Source: Mantamonas sphyraenae STR306
Lineage: Eukaryota > Protista > CRuMs
Assembly (NCBI GenBank): GCA_026936335.1
Contig: JAPMXV010000031.1
Span: 401,754 to 465,753 of the forward strand
Length of the DNA: 64,000 nt
Direction: 5' to 3'
Shown here piece after piece: positions 46,819-57,812 of the stretch (the stretch's first letter is position 1; each line of letters opens with the position of its first letter). The position numbers were made by a program, and so were the translations under genes. The notes under the pieces are model-generated. The model saw only the letters and a list, made by a program, of their open reading frames with translations, was not told where the DNA came from and searched no databases.

Positions 46819-49109
46819 ATGTCTACGACGACAGGGTATCCGAGTGTGGAGAGTGTGGGTGTGGATGAAGTGGCGTTGTACAAGACATTGCAGCTGCGGT
46901 TTGGGTACGAGGAGTTTCGTGGAGAGCAGCTCGAGGTGATCAAGCACGTGATGGGAGGTAGGTTGGGGAGGGAAGGGAGGGTGGGAGGGAGGGTGGTTTA
47001 AGGGAGGGAAGAAGGGGGGGTGAGGTGGGGTAAGGGAGGGAGGGGAGGGAGGAGGGGAACGGGGGGTCGGGGATCAAGGTCTCGAGTGCTGACGTGGACT
47101 CAGGGAAGGACACGTTTGTGCTCATGCCCACGGGATCGGGCAAATCGCTGTGTTTCCAGCTGCCGGCACTGGTGCGGAGGGGTGTGACGCTTGTGGTGTC
47201 GCCGCTGATCGCGTTGATGCAAAACCAGATCCAGGAGCTGGCCAAAAAGAACATCAAGGCGCATCTGCTGAACTCGTCGATGCGCAAAAGCGAGCGGGAC
47301 GCAGTGATGGAGCAGCTGCAGGATTCGCACGGAGACGGCGGGTTTGGCGAGGGGAGAGAGGTGAAACTGCTGTACTGCACGCCGGAGCTGATCGAAACGG
47401 AACGGTTCCAAAAGGTGCTGGGGTCGTTGCACAAGCGAGGCATGCTGACAATGCTGGCGGTGGACGAGTGTCATTGCATCAGCAGCTGGGGCCACGACTT
47501 TCGACCTGCGTTTCGCAAGCTTAGCGGGTTCAAGAAGCAGTTTCGGGATGTGCCTGTGGTGGCACTGACGGCAACGGCGACAGACAAGGTGGTGAAGGAT
47601 GTGATGGCGACGCTGGACATGGCCAAGGACGCGCGTGTGTTTGTGACGGGGTTCAACAGGCCGAACATCAAGTACCACCTGGTGTACAAGGACTTGATGC
47701 GGGACTCGAGCGGGAATGTGAGCGAGTCGCGTGTGTACAAACATCTGCGCAGCTTTGTGCTGGCTCGCGTGAAGCAGACGGGCATCGTGTACGCGGCGAA
47801 GCGCAAAACGTGCGACCAGCTGGCCGGCGCCATGAACGGGCTGGAGGATCCCAAGAGCGGCGAGATGCTGAGGTGTGCTGCGTACCATGCGGGTCTGAAG
47901 GAGCAAGAGCGGACGGCGGTTCAAGAGGGGTGGTCGAACGGGACGATCAAGGTGGTGGTGGCGACGATTGCGTTTGGGATGGGCATCGACAAGAAGGACG
48001 TGCGGTACGTGCTTCACTACAACATCCCAAAGTCGATGGAGGCATTTTACCAGGAAAGCGGACGCGCAGGACGTGATGGGCAACCGGCAACGAGCGTACT
48101 GTACTACGGCGTGGACGACGTGAACCACACGACGTACCTGTTGGAGTTGGAGGACCGGAAACGCAAGGGGCGAGAACGTAAGGCCGGCAAGACTGGTGAG
48201 ATGGGCGGCAGGGACGAGTTGGTGGCAGGGATGCGCGCATTTAGCAAAATGGCCAAGTACTGTGTGGTGCCCGGCTGCAGGCGCGTGGCGCTGCTGAAGT
48301 ACTTTGGAGACACGCATGCGGAGGAGGTGAAGCAAGTGCGATGTTGCGACTACTGCGACGCGCCAGACAAGGTGCTGAGCAGGATCCAGAAGATCAAGGT
48401 GCGGGGCGGCTCGGGAAAGAACGGAGGACCGTCGATGCTGCGGGACTTTGGCGATCTGGTGAAGCAGTACGAGGCACAGTCGAGCCAAGCAGAGCAGGAT
48501 CGGGCGCGTGCAGAGGCAGATGCAGAGGAGGATGCCGAGGCCGAGGAGGCAATGCAGGAGGACGAGGAAGGCTGGGCGGAGGCGGTGGCTGCAAGACTGG
48601 GCAGGAAGCGGTCACACGCCAAGATGTTGGAGAGACTGGAGGAGAAGGAGGCAGCAACGGAGGGGTTTGCATTGGGTGGGGCAGAGGCAAGCCGGAACAG
48701 CGAGAATGCGCACGCGGAAGTGTTTGCAAACAGGCCGTTCCTGCACGCAGAGCAGACGGCAAGATTTCGGGACCTGACGCTGGAGGTACGTGAACGTGGG
48801 TTGATGAAGGTGGCGCGTGTGCTTCAGGACAACTGGAACGCGTGGGTGTTGGGGGAGGAGGCGCAGGGGCTGGGGGTGGAGGCAGACCAGGTGGATGTGC
48901 AGCAGGTGGCCAAGGAGTGCGAGTTTGCGTGTCTGTCCATCAACAGCGTCTACATTTCCAAGCTGCTGGGAAATACGCGGCAGATTGCGGCGCAGACGGC
49001 AGATGGCCAACTTGCAGACGGTCTGCGGTTTGCGCTGGAGAGCAGCCAGAGTGCAACGGAAGCAGAGGGGGATGTGAAGCGGCAGCGGGTGGAGGGAAGC
49101 GAGGGGTGA
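46819..49109 (+). CDS. RecQ-family DNA helicase (RECQL5/plant RecQ3-like); intron 46958-47103
   Basis: FGYEEFRGEQ, MPTGSGKSLCFQLP, VDECHCISSWGHDFRP, ALTATA, ATIAFGMGIDK, YQESGRAGRDG, RQC Zn ligands CRR...CCDYC. Confidence 0.93.
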
Positions 49110-49524
49110 TGGAGGGTGGAAAACAATGTACGGCGGGCTTGGTGCCCATCGTGTGTGGGGCTGCACTACGACGAGGTATCTTTCACCGGGTTTTGATCTG
49201 CGACGTCGTGTGGCCCGCGTAGGCATGGGGAGGGACCAGGCGGGTCTGTTGAGCGTCGCATTGTGTGTGTGTAGGCTCTCTGCGCTTCCGCATGCACGGT
49301 GTAAAGGGTGTGCACCGTACAGCGTGGCTAGCAGGGCCGGCATGTCGCGCACGAGAGGGCTGGCAACGCGGTACGCGTGGCAGCGGGTTCGCACGCGGAG
49401 GAGGAACCCTGGCATGCCACGTGCGGTTGTGCAGCCATGCATGGCGAGCTTTAGCGTGTGATCTGCGCCGCTTGTATCGCCGCAGGGGCGAAGAAAGACG
49501 AGTCCGAGCGGTTTCTGTGCGGCG

Positions 49525-52500
49525 ATGAGTTTTTGCGATGGGCAAGCCAACGCGATGGAGGTCGTCGGCGAGCAGCAGCAGCAGCAGCAGCAGCAGGTTG
49601 TGGATGTGATCCACCAGACGCCTGTGGCGGAGCTGGTGCACAAGCTGGTGCTGGACGCGTACAACTCGCTGAGCAAGCTGACGGACAGGCTGAGCAATAT
49701 GAGCGACGGAGAGAAGAAAGCAAACGTTGCTGGAGTACCTGCACGGGACTCGGTACAGGTTCATCCGGCTGCTGGTGATTGTGCGGTGGGCGAAAAAGGT
49801 GGAGGCGCAGTTTGCTAGGTTTCCCGAAGCGAATGCACACCTGAACGGACAAGACATGGTACTGTCGCAGCACGCGTGGACTCTGATGCGCATGGCACAC
49901 GAGGACGTGCGTACGTCGCGGTAAGTGGGGAGGGGGGGGGGTGAGAGGATCATGCAGGGTGAGGCCTGACAAGTCGCCGAACAGAGTGCCTCGGTACGAC
50001 GTGCAGATTGCAAATGACGTGCTGTCGACAGGCACGTACAGACGGTTCCCACGGTGGATCCTAGATGTTGTGGGCGGAGAGGAGTGGCTGGAGGGGAACC
50101 GGTTGACAAACGCGCTGAGGCGGCTTGATCACCTGCTGTACCAGCGCTTGATGGAGGCAGAGGTGCTGCCGGAGAAGTTTGAGGTGCGTGTGGAGGATGG
50201 TCAGCTGCTGTGTGGTGTGCACGGAGAGTTTGAGGTTGCGCTGGTGGTGCTGAACGAGGCGGAGTTTCCGGTTGAAGGCGGGCTGGAGGAAGAGGGGCAA
50301 GAGGGCGGAGCGTCGGAGGAGCCCAAGGCAGTGCGGGAGGCCGGTACGACGCCGTGGGAGGTGTTGGAGGTGGCGATGAAATTGCGTACGCTTGTGCCCG
50401 TGCTGAACGAGTACATATACGTTCAGGACGCAGGAGCGCGCGGGGCAGCGGTACAGCTGCGTCGCAACCAGCAGGAAGCGCTGCGGCACCTGCTGCATAG
50501 GTCGATGAGCAGTGCGTACGCGTTGTGTAGGTCGCCTCTGGTGGCCATGCACACGTGTATGCACACGGTGTGTCTGCACGCGCAGTTGGACGATCTGCAC
50601 GTTCAAGCGGAACACCTGGGACGTGAACAGTGGTCGCACACGGTGCAGTGGGTGGTGCAACAGGACGGTCGGTTGCAATTGCGCTACTGGGGGCGGCAAG
50701 GAGTGCTGTCTGTGGGTATGGCGGCAGACGGCAAGTCGCTTGCGGTTGAACATACTCCGCACCTTCGCGGTGTGAAGCTTACGCTGGAGATGGGCAAAGG
50801 AGGAGACGGATGCGCAGTGGAGCTGCAACGTTTGCTGGTGGAGGTGCGGTGGCTGTACGCACGACAGCGGCTGCAACGGTTGGAAGCGCTGCTTGTGGAG
50901 AGCGGATGGGCGCCCGAGTCGCTGGAGGTGACGGATCTTCAGCTGCGTGTGGAGCTGGGCGCACACGTGCATGCGTTGTGCATAGAGGTGGACGAACACG
51001 CAGGTGTGTTTGTGGCAGCTCAAGAGTGCGTGCGCGAGATGAGCGGGCTGGAACGAGAGCGAGTACGGCTGTGGCTGCGCGGGATGGTGGTGGAGAGCGA
51101 GTCTGAGGCGCAGCGGGTGGTGAAACACATGGAGTACGTGCGGCAGCTGGTGCTTTTGACGGCGATGGAGCGCGGGCTGGAGTTGCTAGGTCTGCAGCGG
51201 CAGAACGGGTTGAACGCGCGCTTGTCGAGCAAGGTGTGCAGGGAAAAGGCCAAGGGACACGCATTGCTGGCATCTGTGCTGCAAACGTATCCAGAGAGCA
51301 ACGGGGAAGGGTCGGGCGCACGCATGGCGAGTGGATCGCAGCGACGGCGCGCGAGCGTGCGCAGGCATGCGTTCTTTGCACTGGACAGCGGCGTACTGGT
51401 GTTGTGGATTGGAAAGGGATTTGTGCCCCAGTGGGCTGTGCTTCTGTGCCGTGAGGGCGTGTGTTACGATGTGGTGGATGTGCCCTGGGAGGCAGAGGGC
51501 CCGGGGAACGAGCAGGTGGCGGACGAAGCCGCAATGGTGGGCAAGGGAGAAGGGTTGCGGAAACGAAAGCGAGAGGATGAGGATGAAGAAAGCGGGGAGG
51601 TTGCGGGCGGACCGGGAGGGGACTTGAAGCGCAGTCGCAGCAATGGGCTGGAGGCGAGTCTGGATCTGGACTGGATGGGGGTGGAAGAAGCAAGAGCGGG
51701 AGAGGAGGACGAGGACACGGAACATGAGCTGCTGCGTGTGTTGCAAGCACAGGTGCAGCGTGTAGAGAGGCGTGCGCGTACGCGTCTTGTGTGCGACATG
51801 CTTGGACGCGAGGGAATCGGACACAGTGTGCTGGGCAACACGGGGTGTGTGAGCGCACGCATGAACTGCCTGCCACTGCGTGTGACGCAGCTGCTGTTTG
51901 TGGTGAACGCCGAGGCGGAGCTGGAAGGCGATGGCAACGGGTGGGAGGTGGTGCTGTTTGAGAGTGGCAGTGCGTTTGACGTGGTGGAGGGCGAGGAGTG
52001 TGGAGAGCTGAAACACAGGGTGCAGGTGGCCAAGAACGTGGCGTACGAGGCAAGTGACAAGGTTCTGCGCATGCGATATGGGCGCATGGACGAAGAGACG
52101 ATGCAGCGATTTCTTGCACAACTGCGCGGCCTGCTGACGATGACACAGCTGAATGTGCAAGTGGCGTCTGCGTTGGAAGGGCAGGCGGCGTTGCGGGAAC
52201 GCGTGCGCGTGGTGCATCGGGACCACCAGGTGCTTGTGTTGGAGTTTGGAGGGGCGGAGCCGGTGCGCATGATGTGGAGCTGGGATGTGGAGGGACAGGC
52301 GCTGCAGGTCGCGTGCGAAGAGGAATTCGTGTTGGCGCGACACGTGTGCAGCGTGCTGAACAGTGGCGGTGTGGAGAGAGAAGAAACGGTGCGTGAGATG
52401 TTGTGGGTGGTGTCCAACGCTGTGGAGCCGCTGCGCGAGATGGGGCGGATGTTTGCGCGTGGCGAAACGGCGCAGCTGCTGGATGCGCGGTATCCGCTGG

Positions 52501-53576
52501 CGATGGGCCACCACATGTTTTCGCTGAACTTTCACGTGGAGGTCATGAGCATGGACGAAGTGCTTGTTGTGTACACGCGTCCGTTGGGAGGCAAGCTTGT
52601 GCGGCTGCAGCTGGGGTGTCGGATGCGGTTTGCGAGCGAGAGGAGCGGGCATGTGGTGCTGGGAGATGTGTCGCGTGTGCTGCCGCACTTTGGCGGGATT
52701 TACCAGCACATCCGGAACTTTGCGGCGTTCATGAAGGGGTTTGTGTCGCGTGCGTACGGAGAGGAGCGGGTGCAGGAGTACAGCGCGAGCGCAGCCGAGT
52801 ACATGGTGGAAGGAGAGGATGTAGGCAAGCTTCTGGAAGAGCTGAGCCATTTTATGGGTGTGACGTACATGTACCAGCTGCTGGTGCAGATGTTTGAGAA
52901 GCTGAAGCGTGCGCGGTTGTTGGAACTGCGGATTGGCAACGAGAAGGAGTTTCGTTTGCTGGACGTAGAGTTGCCTGGTGCGTCTGGACGTGGCCTGAAG
53001 CTGCGTGTGGTGGATGTGGTGGACTCGCTGACAGTGGAGGAGGTTGTGGGCGACGGGGAAGAAGGAGTGCTGAGCACGGCGGAGGTGCAGGGCCTGCAGC
53101 GGTATTTCCAAGAGGCTGTGCTTGCACCGCCGTACCGTTTGGATGCGCTACACTCGTTCGAGGCGTTGATGCGCATTCCACTTGCGCAGATGCGACCGTT
53201 TCTGCGCGTGATGGCGCTGGACGGATTGCAGGTGCTGGCGGTGTCGCCAGAGCCGTATGTACAGGGAAGCAGCGCGCATGCAAGCGGAGAGATGGATCAT
53301 CGGACGTTGGAGAGTGCGTTCAAGTACGATGAGGGTGTGGTGAGCTTCCAGGTGGCGGTGGTGGGGGAGATGGAGGTGGAATGGGAGCGTGTGCGTGAAG
53401 CAGAGTCGCGAGACGCGGTGATTGCACAGCTGAATGCGCGGTACTTTACGCGTGTGCTGCGCTTCCAATGCAACGTGGCGTCGGATGGCAAAGGGGAGTA
53501 TGTGGGAGGGGGAGAAAACGGGAGGTTTGGGGACGAGATCGACCGTGTGCTTGGATGCTGGGAACGTGAAGGATGA
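49525..53576 (+). CDS. MED14: Mediator subunit MED14; apparent +1 frameshift at ~49718, intron 49921-49984; start may be 49555
   Basis: AYNSLSKLTDRL..MSDGEKK/QTLLEYLHGTRYRFIRLLVIVRWAK and R/VPRYDVQIANDVLSTGTYRRFP match the Med14 N-terminal domain. Confidence 0.8.
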
Positions 53577-53616
53577 AGGGAATATAGCATGGAGAGGGAG
53601 AGGTTTGTTGCGTGGA

Positions 53617-55581
53617 TCAACCCGCTCCGTCTTCGGTTGGCTCGGCAGCATCGTCTGCATCTCCACTGGGCCCAGCCGCCTCGCCTTGCACGGCCTCGCC
53701 CTCTGCTTCTGCGGCGACGTCCTCGTCGTCGACCGCCACCTCCTCGACATCGTCGCCATCGTCCTGCTGGGGCACGTCGTCGTCGCTGTCGTAATCGACA
53801 ATGACGAGGTAGTCGACGTGGACAAACGAACGGTCCTCAACCTCTGCGGCGTACTGGCTGAGCTCAATGGCAAAGGCCTCGTCGCAGAGCTCAAAGGGCA
53901 GACTGCCAGACTTGTCCTCGACCATGGGGTCGGCCTTGTGCCAGAGGAGGGACTGGACAATCTCTGCGTTCTGGTTTTCGCAGGCAAGGTGAAGCGGGGT
54001 GCGCTTCTTGCTCTTGTCCTGGGAGTTGATGAGTCCCTTGGTCTTCTTGGAATGCAGGTTCTTCTTGGTGCCGGTGCGTGCGATCTCAAAGCGGTTGAGC
54101 TCAAGGATGACCTCGACGGCCTCGGCGGAGTTGTTGTCCACGGCGACGTGCAGGGCAGTGAGACCCGCCTGGTTCTTGGCGTAGCTGGGGCAATCCATGT
54201 TGAGCAACTCGGCGACGAGATTGTAGGAGTTTGCAGCGGCGGCAAAGTGGAGAGCGGTGTTGCCACTGGAATCCTTCTTGGAGATTGCGGAAACGTTGAG
54301 GGATTCTGGCTGGCGGAGCATGAGGAGGGCGATGTCTTCGAGAGAGTTTTGGCAAGCGTAGTGGAGCGCAGTGGTGCCAATGTTCTCGACCTCGACGCAG
54401 AAGGAGATCTGGGCGAGGAGAAGAGTCTCTGCGACCTCGAGGCGTCCTTCGAGGAGCGCCTCGGAGAGCATGTAGGCGAGCTCGGTGGAGAGGTTCTCGA
54501 GGAGCGGGCCCGGGGTGCCGTCGTGCGACGAGGCTTTTTGCATCTCGGTGGAGAGAAGCTTGAGGAGGTTGTCGTCGTGCATCTTGTAGGCCAGGTTGAT
54601 TGGGTAGTCGCCGCTGGTGTTCTTTGTAAACAGCGAGGTGGGGTCTGCGCTGCAAATCACATTGGCGATGGTGAGAGACTCTTGCTTAGCAGCCTCACCG
54701 CTGAAGGACGTGGGCAGCGGGGGTGGAGCGGAGGAGCGTGTGTGAGCGGTGAGGAGGAGGTTGGTGGCGCGCACTGTGTACCTGCATACCTTTGAATGGC
54801 CAGAAGCACGGCATGGAGGGGCGTGTTTCCGTCGCCGTTGAGGATGTTGCAGTCTGCACCATGTGCAATGAGACCGTGGACAGTCCTGGAGAGGGGGGTG
54901 GACGCAGCAGGGTGTGTCAGGGATTTTCCCCTCTTGGGCCTTGCAAAAAAAAATGCCCTCCCGATGAAGCGGGGAGAGGCGGGGGCGCACAGAGGGGGGA
55001 GGGGGTGGGGAAGAGAAAGGAGGCACTCACTTGATCTGGCCACGGACGCAAGCAAGGTGCAGGGCGGTGTTCTTGGTTCCGTCAAAGGCGTCGATGTCGT
55101 AGTCCTCTTTGCAGTCGTTGAGAAAGGCGACGGCGACGTCCTGCTTGTCACGGGGCAGGGCGCAGAAGGTCTGGAGGGCATTGCGCTCAAACTGGGTGTC
55201 CTTGATGTTGATGTCTGCAGAGAGGGCGAGGAGGAGCGAGGCACAGCTGGGCTCTGTGCACAAGTGGAGGGGCGAGCGGCCATTGTCGTCGACCTCGTTG
55301 ATGTCCACAGAGACGTCCTTGAGCAGGCGGCGGAGCTCTTCAAAGTCACTCTCGACACACAGCTGGTGGATGGACTTTTTCTCCTTCTTGCCCTTCTTGT
55401 CGGACTTGTTGCGGCCAAAGAGAGACCCAAGGCCTTTCTTCTTCTTGCTGCTGGAGCCCTCGTCCTTTTCCTTGTCCTTTCCCTTGTCCTTTTTCTTTCC
55501 CAAGCGGAAGCTCCTGAGGGAGGGTGGTGTCAGCGGTGAGGGTGGAGGATGGGAAGGGGGGGGATGGGAGAGGACGCACAT
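53617..55581 (-). CDS. Ankyrin-repeat protein with Lys-rich N-terminus and acidic tail; introns 55514-55579 (splits ATG), 54886-55030, 54701-54789
   Basis: Repeated GxT(P/A)LHxA ankyrin motifs (GRSPLHLC, NTALHLAC, GNTPLHA, GTTALHYAC, GNTALHFA, RTPLHLAC). Canonical GT-AG introns restore the frame. Confidence 0.8.
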
Positions 55582-55739
55582 GTTGACGGGGGATTCGTTG
55601 GGTTGGGCCGGGGGGGAAGGCGGGAATGGGATGTGGGGAGGGTGGGGAGGGTGGGGAGGGTGGATGGAGGAAGGATGGAGGAAGTATGGGTTCGGTTGTG
55701 GGATATGGGCGGGCGGTGGGCCAAAGGAAAAAACCGGAA

Positions 55740-57798
55740 ATGGTGCGCCGTCGAAAGAGCAGCAAGGGAAAGGGAAAGCCAGTGCACTTTTCGCCAGAGG
55801 AACCAGAGGTGGTGGAGGTGGAGCCACATGGAGCGCTGCAGGTACCGTCGCTGCATGTTTCGTCGCTACCGGTGGACTCGCCGTCGCAGCCGAGTCGCCG
55901 TCGCAGGCAGACAAGCCGCGTTCGGAGGTGCGGCGGGAGATTCCGGCAAGCAACGGGTCGCTTTTTCTCATACCAGAGGTGGACGAGATGCTGGTGGACG
56001 ACATCAAGGAAGGAATTGACCAAGAGGCACGGAGTGACAAGCGCACGTCGGTGTGGAGCTTTGTGGTGTTTCTGTTCAAGGTTCTGTGGAATCCGTTGCT
56101 GATTCTGCTGCCGTTCCTGTTCAAGCTGCTCTCGTCGTTTCTGCACATTCCTGCGCTGCAGTTTGTGTTTTCGCTGTTTGACCCACACTACAACGCGCGC
56201 AAACTGTTTGACGAGCGCGTAAAGGCAGCGTCGACCTACGAGGAATGGAAGCAGGGCGCTCTGGCGCTGGACCGGTCGCTGGGCCTCGAGACGTGGAAGT
56301 CGGATCCAGAGAGCACTGAGTATGACTGGGAGAGGCTGCAAGCAAGGCTGGACGAGCTGCGGTCTCTTGCGCAGTCGGGGAACGTCGAGGAAATTACGTT
56401 TTATCTCCGCTCGTGTAGGTCAAGGGTTGGAGACGGGGTGTGGGGTGAAGGAGGGAGGCTGAAGGTGCTGACACACACACTCGCATGCACATACACACAG
56501 TCCTGCTGAGGAATATCAACGGTATCGGAAACCCGAGGCTGTACAACGTGGCGACGCTGGGGACGAAACACATCATCGACGACTACGTGATGGAAGTGGT
56601 GGACCAGCTGAATCTGATCGTGCAGGACAGCTCAGAGAGCGGTCTTGTGACGGACTGGACGGCGCAGGAAAAGTTTGACTTTTTCTACGAGACACGGCAG
56701 GCATACGGGCGCAGCGCAGTGTTGTTTTCGGGCGGGGCAACGCTGGGCCTGTACCATCTGGGAGTGGCGAAAGCGCTGTTTGAGGCGGATCTTCTGCCGC
56801 GTGTGATGTCTGGATCGTCTGTGGGGTCGCTCATCTGCGCCATTGTGGGAGTACGCACGGACGAGGAGCTGCCCGGGATCTTCCGTCCAGGCTCGCTGAA
56901 GCTGGACACGTTTGACAGCAACGATACGGGGGCAATCCACCGCAAGGTGCGGCGGCTGCTGACACGTGGCGTGCTGATGGATGTGCGGAAGCTGCAAAAG
57001 GCGGTGCGCGAGAACATTGGAGACATCACGTTTCTGGAGGCGTACAACCGCACGGGCCGCATGATCTCGATCACGGTGAACAACTCGGACAAGGGGGAGT
57101 TTCCAAGGCTGCTAAACTACTTGACGGCACCGCACGTGCTGGTGTGGAGCGCGGCGTGTGCATCGTGCGCGCTTCCGGGGTTGTTTGAAAGCGTGGAGCT
57201 GATGGCAAAGGACAGGCACGGGAAAGTGGTACCGTGGATGGCAAGCTGTCTGCGATGGTCCGACGGCTCGGTGAACAACGACCTGCCGATGGCGAGGCTC
57301 AGCGAACTGTTCAACGTCAACTTTTTCATTGTGTCGCAGGTGAACCCGCACGTGGCGCCCATGCTCAAGTTTAGCATCGAGCACCAGCGAGACCCGTCGC
57401 TGTTTTCGCGGGTTCTGCACTTTGTGAAGACGGAGAGTGCGCACAGGGCGCGGCAGATGGCGGAGTTGCGCATTTTGCCGTCGTTCTTGCAGCACATCGA
57501 ACCTGTGTTTTCGCAGAAGTATGAGGGAGACATTACGATTGTGCCGGATCTGCAGCTGGAGGACTACAAGCTGATTGTGACGAATCCGACGGATGAAAAG
57601 GTGCAGCGGTGCATCGCCGGCGGACAGCGGTCGACCTGGCCGCAGCTGCACTACATCCGCAACCTCACGCTGATTGAGCGTACATTGGAGGCATGCGTGC
57701 AGTGTATGCGAGCCAAGATGAAAAAGTCTGGCGGGATGATCCGCAGCCGATCGGATAGGAATCTGCGACTGCTGGAGGATTTCAGCGCCGGTGGGTAA
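55740..57798 (+). CDS. Patatin-like triacylglycerol lipase (SDP1/Tgl3-5 family, DUF3336 + patatin); intron 56415-56500; probable -1 frameshift at ~55891 (alternative start 55988)
   Basis: YEEW..ALALD...WK, YGRSAVLFSGGATLG, SGSSVGS (GXSXG), TFLEAYNRTGR, LLNYLTAPHVLVWSA, WSDGS, LSELFNVNFFIVSQVNPH. Confidence 0.9.
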
Positions 57799-57812
57799 CC
57801 CGAAATGGAGGT

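Noticed and set aside
46819-49109. RecQ as a telomere-linked helicase (TLH/Y'-like element)
   Set aside because: It lies 15 kb from the end among housekeeping genes, has an intron, looks like an ordinary RECQL5/RecQ3-type gene and has no flanking repeats.
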